DNA of 64,000 nucleotides from an uncultured Acidimicrobiaceae bacterium (GTDB lineage Bacteria > Actinomycetota > Acidimicrobiia > Spongiisociales > ZC4RG35), in the NCBI GenBank assembly GCA_964454615.1, contig CAYVTP010000001.1, forward strand, positions 3,070-67,069, written 5' to 3'. The position numbers and the translations under genes were made by a program. This document shows positions 48,162 through 56,119 of this stretch, in pieces. Every line of letters begins with the position of its first letter. Position 1 is the stretch's first letter. The notes beneath the pieces were generated by a model that worked only from the letters and a program-made list of their open reading frames with translations, had not been told where the DNA came from and made no database searches.

Positions 48162-50738
48162 GTGGTCAGCAGCGCGCCCCTTGTGGAGCGTGACGAGCAG
48201 CTCCTCCGACTCCAGGCTGCTGCTTCGTCCAAGACCGGAAGCGTGGTCCTGTTGTCAGGTGAGGCAGGGTCGGGCAAGACGTCCATCTTGTCACTTCTGA
48301 TGGATGGGCTCGACCATCGCTACAGGGTCCTGTCCGCCGCCTGCGAACCTGTTGGGGTCCCTGCCGGCTTTGCTCCCCTCTTCGAGATCTTGGACGAACT
48401 TCCGCAATCGGTTCGATCGGATGTCAGAGGAGGATCCGGCCGTACCGCGGTGCAGGCGGGTGTTCTGGAGATGCTCAGGTCCGATCGGTTGGTCCTGATC
48501 CTGGAGGACATCCATTGGGCTGATGAGGCAACCTTGGGGCTGGTTCGGTATCTGGGCCGCAGAATCGCCTCGACGATGAGCTGTCTGATCGTCACTTATC
48601 GAACAGAGGAACTTTCGCAAAGGCCTCTACTGGCCCTGGTGGTGGCCGACCTCGGGCCTTCAGCCGAGCGGATCGAACTCCTTCCCTTGACGCTCGCTGC
48701 AGTCGAGCAGTTGGCTCAAGGGGTCGATGTCGACCCGGTCAGGGTGCATGCCGTGACTCTTGGAAACCCGTTCTTCGTGAGTGAGGTCATCGCCAACCCG
48801 GAATCTGTCGTTCCGCCGTCGGTCGGGAGCGCAGTTCAGGCCCGAGTGAATCTCCTGTCCGACCTGGCCAAGGACCTGCTCTATATGGCAGCCATCAACC
48901 GCGATGCGGTCCCGATCGATCTTGCCGAAGAGTTGGGCCCGGGGGCTCTGGAACAGCTAGACACCGCGGTCCAAAGGGGTCTGCTGGTGGCCACGGCAAC
49001 TCACTTCTCCTGCCGGCACGACCTGATCCGGGAGAGTCTTCACGAGATCGCGCCACCGACCCTGAAGAGGACCATCCATCGCCGGCTCTTGGGCTTCTAT
49101 GAGGGGCGGGAAGACCACACGTCGGACATCGCACGCCTTGCCTATCACGCCAGAGGCGCGGGAGAAGAGTCGGCGGCGTTGCGCTATTCGCTACGTGCCG
49201 CAGAGGATGCGTCGGCGAGCGGAGCCCACCGCCAGTCAGCCTTCCATTTTGCCAACGCTCTGGAATACCGGGAGCTTCTGGACCCGGAGTCTCTCGGCCG
49301 GGTCCTCCTGGAAGCCGCGAAGGAACATTGCTTGGTGAATGCGTTCGATCAGGCTACGGAGTGGGCATCCCAACGTTTGGAACTCGCCAACGGGCCAGAT
49401 GAGATGGCGGCGGCACGGGCCTGGTTGGCCTACTTCATATCCCGGGAGAACGATCTAGCCCCCGCACGACGGGAGGCCGAGGCGGCCTTGGAGACTCTCC
49501 GTCAGTCGACTCATTCGGAGGAGCTGGCTTTGGCGGCCTATGTTCTGTCCTGGATCGAACTTCATGAAGGACGCTTCGGGGAGGCGATCACTTTGGGGGA
49601 CTGGTCCGCGGAAGTGGCGTCTGAGATAGGGTCCGTCGGAGTAGAGGTCCATGCTCTAGCGGTCGCAGGGCGCGCACGAGTGCAGGCGGGGGACATCGGT
49701 GGGCTCCAGCTTCTAGACAGGGCGGTGCGGATTGGGCTCGATCACGAGTCGGTTGAGGCCGCCTCATTCGCCCTCATCTACAGGGCTTCTGCCCATTGGG
49801 AGCTGGGTCGGCTCGACGAGGCGCGGCGTCTCATCGAGGAGGCCGTCGACTACACGATGGAACGTGAGCTCGATGCCTGGTATGTGGCTGCGATTGCGAT
49901 GTTGGCCGACCTCGATGTCGCAACCGGTCGATGGGCGGGAGCTGATGTCGGATTGGAGCGTGTCCTCGGACAGAGGACCTGCAGACAGACCGAGATCCAA
50001 ATAATGAGGGCATCGGCGACGTTGAGACTGCGGCGCGGGGACCCCGGTGCGGCAGAGTTGGTGGGCCAGGCTCTCACCATGGCCGATGTATACGGCGGCT
50101 ACGACGAGCTCGTCCCTGCCTGCCTCCTGGCGGCGGAGGCAGCCTGGGTCGGCCTTGTCGATACTAAGAGAGCCGCTGCTCGTTACCAGACTCTGTCTGC
50201 TCATCCGGCCCTTGCCGGCGACCGTCGGGGCCGGAGTCGTCTCTCCTTCTGGGCGAGACGATTGGGGTTGGATCAGCTAGCACCAGCGACCGCCACCAAC
50301 TCCCAGTTAGAAGCGGCGAGGGAAGTCAGCCGATTCGAGAGTCTTGGGTTGCCCGTCGAAGAAGCCATCTCTCGGGCGATGGTGACAGATCCGAACCTCG
50401 ACCGGATCTTCTCGTCGCTATCCGAGATGAATGCCGACGGAGTCGCCCGGGGTCTGCGAAGGGAGCTTCAACGGCGCGGGATCAAGCATGTTCCCCGGGG
50501 TGAACGGCCGACGACCAGAGAGCATCCCGCAGGATTGACCGGGCGTCAGGTCGAGGTCCTAGGCCTCATATCGGCCGGTTTTTCGAACGCCGAGATCGCG
50601 GACCGCTTGTTCATCAGCGAGAAGACTGTCAGCCATCATGTGTCGGCCATCCTGGCCAAGCTCAACGTCGGCACCCGGCTCCAGGCGGCAGCAGTCGCCC
50701 ACGAGAAGGGCTGGTATCCGGCGGTGGCAGCAAACTAG
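48162..50738 (+). CDS. large ATP-binding LuxR-family transcriptional regulator (AAA + TPR-like + LuxR HTH)
   Basis: Walker A GEAGSGKTS near the N-terminus; C-terminal LuxR HTH (LTGRQVEVLGLISAGFSNAEIADRLFISEKTVSHHVSAIL). GTG start chosen at 48162; the ORF upstream overlaps chrA on the other strand. Confidence 0.75.
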   Translation: MVSSAPLVERDEQLLRLQAAASSKTGSVVLLSGEAGSGKTSILSLLMDGLDHRYRVLSAACEPVGVPAGFAPLFEILDELPQSVRSDVRGGSGRTAVQAGVLEMLRSDRLVLILEDIHWADEATLGLVRYLGRRIASTMSCLIVTYRTEELSQRPLLALVVADLGPSAERIELLPLTLAAVEQLAQGVDVDPVRVHAVTLGNPFFVSEVIANPESVVPPSVGSAVQARVNLLSDLAKDLLYMAAINRDAVPIDLAEELGPGALEQLDTAVQRGLLVATATHFSCRHDLIRESLHEIAPPTLKRTIHRRLLGFYEGREDHTSDIARLAYHARGAGEESAALRYSLRAAEDASASGAHRQSAFHFANALEYRELLDPESLGRVLLEAAKEHCLVNAFDQATEWASQRLELANGPDEMAAARAWLAYFISRENDLAPARREAEAALETLRQSTHSEELALAAYVLSWIELHEGRFGEAITLGDWSAEVASEIGSVGVEVHALAVAGRARVQAGDIGGLQLLDRAVRIGLDHESVEAASFALIYRASAHWELGRLDEARRLIEEAVDYTMERELDAWYVAAIAMLADLDVATGRWAGADVGLERVLGQRTCRQTEIQIMRASATLRLRRGDPGAAELVGQALTMADVYGGYDELVPACLLAAEAAWVGLVDTKRAAARYQTLSAHPALAGDRRGRSRLSFWARRLGLDQLAPATATNSQLEAAREVSRFESLGLPVEEAISRAMVTDPNLDRIFSSLSEMNADGVARGLRRELQRRGIKHVPRGERPTTREHPAGLTGRQVEVLGLISAGFSNAEIADRLFISEKTVSHHVSAILAKLNVGTRLQAAAVAHEKGWYPAVAAN

Positions 50739-50805
50739 GCAGTCTGTCCGATGCCATCAGCTGCCCCTTGCCCGTAGTTTCCTCGGTGTGAAGGATGGTC
50801 GATAG

Positions 50806-51099
50806 GTGCCCCGCTATATGGTCGAGCGAGCTTTCCTCGAAGACGCCGATGTTCCCTACGGCTCCTGGCCCCGCCAGCGATTCGTCGAGGTGATCGCATG
50901 CAACTTGGATCGGCGGGTCACTTGGCTCCACTCCTACATCTCGACCGACCCACCGACCGTTTTCGACCTCGTCGAAGCACCGAGTCCTGAAGCGGTCAGG
51001 CTGACGGCGCGTATGAATGGGTTACCCGTCGACCGAATCATCGAGGTGACCACGTTCGACCCTTATGCGTATCGGATGTTGACCGAGCCGGGGTCATGA
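50806..51099 (+). CDS. DUF4242 family protein
   Basis: 97 aa; MPRYMVER..., WLHSYIS, GLPVDRIIEV match DUF4242. Confidence 0.6.
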   Translation: MPRYMVERAFLEDADVPYGSWPRQRFVEVIACNLDRRVTWLHSYISTDPPTVFDLVEAPSPEAVRLTARMNGLPVDRIIEVTTFDPYAYRMLTEPGS

Positions 51100-51449
51100 C
51101 CCTCGGTGGTGAAGGCGAAGCCGAAGGCCCCATGTGTCGCGGCCCGGCCGACTCCCGTCCAACGGGGCATGCCAATCCCTAGCGCAATTGTGTGCGGCCT
51201 CCAGGTCAGTTCTGGTCACACTCCGTCTGTACGGTCGATGAAATGGACTTGGCCAGCTTCACTTTGGGTATAGCGGTCGGTGTGGTCGGCACCGCGATCA
51301 GTGACTTCCTCCGACCCTGGATCTCAAGAGCGAACCGACGTCTCGCCTCCTGGCTGGATGCGAAGGGCGATGAGCGGGCCGGCAGGAGGGCCGAGAGAGA
51401 GGCGAAGCGGAAGAAGCCCTGATCTCGCTACCGCCGGCTCCGCTGCTCA

Positions 51450-52313
51450 TTAGGGCCAGTTGAGTCCTTCAACCAACTCGCCAGTGCAGGTCCCGTCGCC
51501 GTGGAATGTGATCACGGCGGTGAAGTCCTCCCACTTGCGTAGAACAAGGTCAACGGCGCACACCAACATCCCCTTCTCGAGCCACTGGCCTTGGGCACAG
51601 CTGCGTCCCGAAGGGCATGTGGCGGAGAACACCTCGAGTCGTGAGGGGTGCGATCTATCGAAGAGCATCGCCGCCCGGCCGGGGCGGAACCATCCGCCGT
51701 CGGGTGAGATGTAGAGGAGAGGGTCGCCCGTCTCTGTCGGGGGCGCCGTCTCGATGAGGAAATGGTACCCAGAGGGATCTCCATCTAGCACCAGCGCCAA
51801 CTGCGGTTCTGCCCACCACGGTTCTGGCATGTTGGGGTCGGTAAGATCAACCTCGATGGCCTCCTCAGGGCAGCTCCAACAGGTCTTCTCCTCCGCCAGC
51901 GACAGGGTGAATCGCTCCGGTAGGGCGGATCGGTCGACTGCCAACCAGAACATGGCCGGGTTGGCGTCAGCGGTGCACCCGCCACTGAATATCCCCGTGT
52001 CGAAACGGTATCTCCCGTAGACATGGTCCTCTTCGATCACCAGTCCCCGGAAGGAGATTTCAGGGCAGGATCCGGAGACTGCATGTCCGAGCCCGATGAG
52101 GACCTGCTCTTCGAAGTTGATCGTGGGCTTGTCCAGGGCGAGGTGAAATCTCTCCCAGATACGATCGACGTCGTCCTGGGACTGGGCCAAGACCACCGAG
52201 TACGTAGGGCCATTCCGGTCGAAAGCAACCAGCTGCCATCCCCTCCCTGAACTGACGTCTCCGCATGCCGCCAGCACGGCAACCGCCAGCACAGCAACGA
52301 CGACGCGTTTCAT
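51450..52313 (-). CDS. Cys-rich secreted lipoprotein, hypothetical
   Basis: Lipobox VLAACGD after MKRVVVAVLAVA (cat at 52311-52313); several CxxC-like pairs (CWSCPEE, CPSGRSC). Confidence 0.55.
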   Translation of the reverse strand: MKRVVVAVLAVAVLAACGDVSSGRGWQLVAFDRNGPTYSVVLAQSQDDVDRIWERFHLALDKPTINFEEQVLIGLGHAVSGSCPEISFRGLVIEEDHVYGRYRFDTGIFSGGCTADANPAMFWLAVDRSALPERFTLSLAEEKTCWSCPEEAIEVDLTDPNMPEPWWAEPQLALVLDGDPSGYHFLIETAPPTETGDPLLYISPDGGWFRPGRAAMLFDRSHPSRLEVFSATCPSGRSCAQGQWLEKGMLVCAVDLVLRKWEDFTAVITFHGDGTCTGELVEGLNWP

Positions 52314-52465
52314 TGCTCTTTGGACGATGCTGGCCTTGACCCGGTTCCTGGGCGGATCAGGTCCCAGACAGCGGCTCCCGTCCTGACCCCTTCCTGCTTC
52401 ATGAGGCGAGTGCTGAAAGCGCCTGACTAGAGGACGAACGTCCGCAATCGGGGAAGCGGCTCGTT

Positions 52466-52846
52466 CTAGTCGCCATCGGGTGTGGGCCACCCGGATGTGA
52501 TCCCGTCGGAGCGAATCACGGAAACGGCGGCTTGGTCGAGAAGTCGGGGCGCGACCTCGGCGACCGCCCGAGTGGCCCGGGCGTGCAGATCGGCTAGGAC
52601 CGAGTCGACATCGTCCTCGCTGATGTCGTCGGAGAGCTCCACGAAGGCGACGATGCTGTTTGTGGAGTGGTCGAAGTCTGTGGCCGCGTTGCGAACCTCT
52701 GGGCTATCGAACATTGCGTAGTGAACAGCTGGTACTGCTTTGTCGATCAGCTCGGTGATGATTGGCTCAGGTGACGGCGAGCAGGCCACAGCCAAGAGGG
52801 AAGCCAAAGTGGTGGCGGCCAATAGCTGTGGTCGTCTCATGTTCAT
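52466..52846 (-). CDS. small lipoprotein, hypothetical
   Basis: Lipobox LLAVACS; GAGAGGA SD before MNMRRPQ. Confidence 0.5.
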   Translation of the reverse strand: MNMRRPQLLAATTLASLLAVACSPSPEPIITELIDKAVPAVHYAMFDSPEVRNAATDFDHSTNSIVAFVELSDDISEDDVDSVLADLHARATRAVAEVAPRLLDQAAVSVIRSDGITSGWPTPDGD

Positions 52847-53031
52847 TAGATGTCCTCTCATCCACAAGTAGTTCCAGGAGGCCTATGCCAAATCTACAAG
52901 GCAGACGAATCGCGGATGCGCGGGGCGCCCCGGCTGCTCCAACGAGGTGAAGTTCCTCCGGACACGCCGCCGACCCTCGGGGCGGCAACGGGCGGACGGG
53001 GTACCTTTCCTGGCGTGAGACCTGGACGGCG

Positions 53032-53844
53032 GTGGTGAGCCGCAAGGGGTTGATCGGTTCTGCTGGCGGGGTGGCCCTAGCCGTGCTGGTTGTCATGAGT
53101 GTCTCGGAACTGGGACGGCTCTCTGAATACCTTGGACACCCGTTCCCCTGGGTCCTGGCGACGGTGCCCTGGTTGGTAGGACTCGGGGCTGTCCTTGGCG
53201 TTGCTCTTCGCCTCAGCCCAAGGTATCCAGCCCTGGCCGGGGTGGCTGCCGGACTGTTGATCCTTGCTTACATCACAAGACGTCCGATCGGTTCTCTGAC
53301 CACTTCCTTCGTTCAACTGAAGGGTTACGCACCGGTCAGCGTTTTCATCATCGGAGTGCTGCTGACGGCGACTGCCTTCGCTCTTCGCGGTCGGCCCGGG
53401 TCAGCGGATGACGGATTTGGCTTGAGGCGATCCGGTCTCGCAGCAGTGCTCGGGTTCCTGCTGGCGCTGGTCTCCGCCTATGTGCTCCTCCCTCTACTGG
53501 GCCTCCACAACAGGTCAATGTCCGGCCTGGACTGGTCGGGGATGCCGTGGTTGGTACTCGGCCTGACTCTGTTTGGCGGCGCATTCGGTGTGCTCGTCTG
53601 GGCGGCACTGAGAACGACAGCTCTCGGCCTTGGCGCACTGGCCGGTCTCACAATGCTGATAGTCACCACTCCTTGGCTTTGGACCGGTGGGTTGCGGCTG
53701 GGCCCCTCATCGTACGGGCTCGCAGTGGGTTCGCCGGTGGGCTTGATCATGGTCGGAATGCTCCTGGTCACAGTGTTCCCCAGCCGTCGAGCATCCGAGC
53801 GGCCACCGGTCACAATCCCGACTGATTCGGTTTCCGCCAGGTGA
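53032..53844 (+). CDS. hypothetical polytopic membrane protein
   Basis: 270 aa, ~7 TM. GTG start. Confidence 0.5.
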   Translation: MVSRKGLIGSAGGVALAVLVVMSVSELGRLSEYLGHPFPWVLATVPWLVGLGAVLGVALRLSPRYPALAGVAAGLLILAYITRRPIGSLTTSFVQLKGYAPVSVFIIGVLLTATAFALRGRPGSADDGFGLRRSGLAAVLGFLLALVSAYVLLPLLGLHNRSMSGLDWSGMPWLVLGLTLFGGAFGVLVWAALRTTALGLGALAGLTMLIVTTPWLWTGGLRLGPSSYGLAVGSPVGLIMVGMLLVTVFPSRRASERPPVTIPTDSVSAR

Positions 53845-53958
53845 GCGGGTTGCCGAGCTTCCTGGTGGGTGCTGCGAGGGGATGACGACACCTGGCGGCG
53901 TGGTTCTTCGGGCCTTTTGTCAGTTGAGGTCTCGCCTCCCTCACGTTGCCCTCACTAC

Positions 53959-54190
53959 GAAGAAAGGCGACTTACCGGCGCCGCCCTTCTCCGCTTCTCT
54001 CAGTTGTCTCCCGGGCCCTTTCGGCCCGAACCGCTAACTCCGGCTCAAGTGCGAGTGCTGAAAACGCCACTCTCATTCCGAGAAAACGACACTCTCATTC
54101 CATTGACAACGCCCAGGATCCGAGTGTGTAGACGCTCATCAGCTGTGAAGTGACAGGTAAATGCGACGGGAAGTGACACTGTCGCACTTG
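53959..54190. repeat. structured intergenic element R1
   Basis: GC-rich block with GGGCC-cuuuc-GGCCC hairpin. Tandem 22-bp units at 54068..54112 (CACTCTCATTCC core). CTCATCAGCTG at 54135..54145. Terminal hairpin TGCGAC-gggaaGTGACActg-GTCGCA. Confidence 0.8.
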
Positions 54191-54219
54191 CCGCTTGAAG
54201 GTTCGTGGGCCTTCGTGCT

Positions 54220-54657
54220 TCAGTCCTTCTCAGGCCTGTCGTCGGGGTTGAACACCGCTACCTGCTGTGTCCCCCCGAGGCACCGAGTAGGGATGTCGAC
54301 CTCGAGGGTCTCCCTGCGGGTGTAGCCGCCTGCTCCGCGAACCTTCTCGCCGACAGCCAGCCGCTCGCCTGAAGGGAGGCGAACGACGAAGGGGTCGGTC
54401 GATGCGATCCGGGTTCCACTCGGCCAGATCACCGGATACCAATGGGACACGTCGGGCCACTCGAGCACCACACATCCATCACGAACAGCGAGGAGTCCGC
54501 CAACGATGGCGTCAGTCCCTCCTCGTGGTAGTAGCGAGCCCGAATGCACGTAGATGGTGTACTCGCCGGACTCGACCGCACGCTGGGCAGGCCCTGAGCA
54601 GGCCAGCAGAGCCAGGAGGGACGCTGCGACAAGCACGACTCTGACCGTTCTCACCAC
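54220..54657 (-). CDS. secreted lipoprotein, hypothetical
   Basis: Signal/lipobox LLALLACSG. GTG start. Preceded and followed by R-elements. Confidence 0.5.
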   Translation of the reverse strand: MVRTVRVVLVAASLLALLACSGPAQRAVESGEYTIYVHSGSLLPRGGTDAIVGGLLAVRDGCVVLEWPDVSHWYPVIWPSGTRIASTDPFVVRLPSGERLAVGEKVRGAGGYTRRETLEVDIPTRCLGGTQQVAVFNPDDRPEKD

Positions 54658-54699
54658 TTCTTGGACGACGTCTCGCCGTCGGCCGGTTCCGGCCCCCGT

Positions 54700-54910
54700 T
54701 TCGGCCGGCTCCCTCCGCCTTCTCCGGGTGTTCTCCCGGGCTTGCTCGGCCCGAGTCTTGAGTCCTACTCAGAATGCGACCGCTGTCAGTTCCACTCGCA
54801 TTTCGTGTCAGAACCACTCGCATTCGGTGTCAAGACCCGTCGCACTGCCTTTCAGTTCTCATCAGCTGTGAACTGACAGGGAAACAAGAGCGAAATTGAC
54901 ACGCTCTCAA
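54700..54910. repeat. structured intergenic element R2
   Basis: GC-rich hairpins. Tandem 22-bp units at 54792..54835 (CCACTCGCATT core). CTCATCAGCTG at 54858..54868. Hairpin AGAGCG-aaaTTGACA-CGCTCT. Confidence 0.8.
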
Positions 54911-54959
54911 CTTGGTACTTCTTCCAGGGACGTAAGGGCCCGCTGCTCCAAATGGAGGC

Positions 54960-55883
54960 TCACCTGGTGCACGCCGCGTGATCGGCGATCACCTCATCGA
55001 TCACCGAGAGGGCGTTCTTCCGCCACCCAAAGCTCATTCCCGCAACTCGCGCCGCAGACTGGCTCGCCTCCGTTGCCTCAACGTGAGTAATCAGGGCCTT
55101 CCACAACGCCCATCCACGGGCGCGTGCCCACGTCCCGGAGTCGAACCCGACGGCGTCGCGAAACATGCGGCGACTCAAGTCGTCGAAAAAGGTCCAGGCC
55201 ATGGTCAGATCGCAGGCAGGATCCCCGACGGCCATGGTCCCGAAATCAATCACCGCGCTGAGCCGCCCATCAGTGACGAGCAGGTTGGACGGGGTGACGT
55301 CGCCGTGTAACCAGACCGGTTGCCCTTGCCAAGACGATGACAGGCTCGTCTCCCACACCGACATGACAGCGCTGGCGTCAAGGTCGTCCTCGAGTACGTC
55401 GACAGCCTGCCGCGTCTGGTCGTCGTAGATCTCCGGCGACGCGCCGCGAAAGAAGTTGTGCTGGCCGGGGGGTGGCCCGGCGGCCGAGGGAATGGCATAC
55501 AAGTCGTTCAAGAATTCTCCGAGGCAGCGAGCGAACTCAACCGGATCTGTCACGTTGTCGACTGTTGCGCCGACCCCGGGCAACCATCGGTAGATGGACC
55601 ACGCCCGCGGAAATCCGCAGGCCGCGCTGCCTTTTGCCAGCGGCTGTGGAATCGGGAGTGGGAGATGCTCGGCGAGGTAGGGCAGCCACCGGTGTTCCTT
55701 GTCAACCTGTGCGCTATACGCATCCGCAGACGGCAGGCGTACCAACATCTCGGTCCCGAGCCTGTAGGTGGTGTTGTCCCACCCGTCTTGGTCGACGGGT
55801 GTGATGGGCATCTCAGCCCACAGGGGAAACTGCGACTTGATCAAGCATGCAACAACGGATGGGGTGATGTCAGACTTTTTCAC
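54960..55883 (-). CDS. aminoglycoside/choline-kinase-like phosphotransferase (APH family)
   Basis: HGDVTPSNLL and IDFG motifs (Brenner and DFG-like). GTG start with AGGAA upstream. Confidence 0.75.
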   Translation of the reverse strand: MKKSDITPSVVACLIKSQFPLWAEMPITPVDQDGWDNTTYRLGTEMLVRLPSADAYSAQVDKEHRWLPYLAEHLPLPIPQPLAKGSAACGFPRAWSIYRWLPGVGATVDNVTDPVEFARCLGEFLNDLYAIPSAAGPPPGQHNFFRGASPEIYDDQTRQAVDVLEDDLDASAVMSVWETSLSSSWQGQPVWLHGDVTPSNLLVTDGRLSAVIDFGTMAVGDPACDLTMAWTFFDDLSRRMFRDAVGFDSGTWARARGWALWKALITHVEATEASQSAARVAGMSFGWRKNALSVIDEVIADHAACTR

Positions 55884-55956
55884 ACGCGTTCCTGGCTCGA
55901 AGTTGTCTCTTCACCTCTTCTGTCGTACGCATCGTTCCTGACAGTGCCTCCAGTAT

Positions 55957-56119
55957 GAAGAGAGGCGACCTACCCCGGCCGCCTCTCCGCTCCTTTTGGT
56001 TTGTTTATTGAGCGCCGCTCAAAATGAGAGTCCTGTCAAACCCACTCTCATTCCTTGGCAAACCCACTCTCATTCCGTGGCAAAACCCAGGATGAGAGTA
56101 TGTCAATACTCATCAGCTG
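55957..56119. repeat. structured intergenic element R3 (overlaps the last codons and stop of nrdJ)
   Basis: 5' GC-rich block GAAGAGAGGCGACCTACCCCGGCCGCC nearly identical to R1. Tandem 22-bp units at 56041..56085. CTCATCAGCTG at 56109..56119. Hairpin GAGTA-tgtcaa-TACTC. Confidence 0.8.

Noticed and set aside
51192-51422. 76-aa ORF between DUF4242 and the lipoprotein genes
   Set aside because: Short, Arg-rich C-terminus, no SD or homology. It could be a small membrane protein starting at MDLASFTLGIAV but evidence is insufficient.
54068-56085. Tandem 22-bp units as a possible CRISPR array
   Set aside because: Only two units per locus, no spacer-repeat regularity beyond that, and no cas genes.
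53959-56119. CUGAUGAG motif (minus strand of each R element) resembles the hammerhead ribozyme core
   Set aside because: No downstream GAAAC, no stem III or a GUC/UH cleavage site in the proper arrangement in any copy, so it is not a hammerhead.
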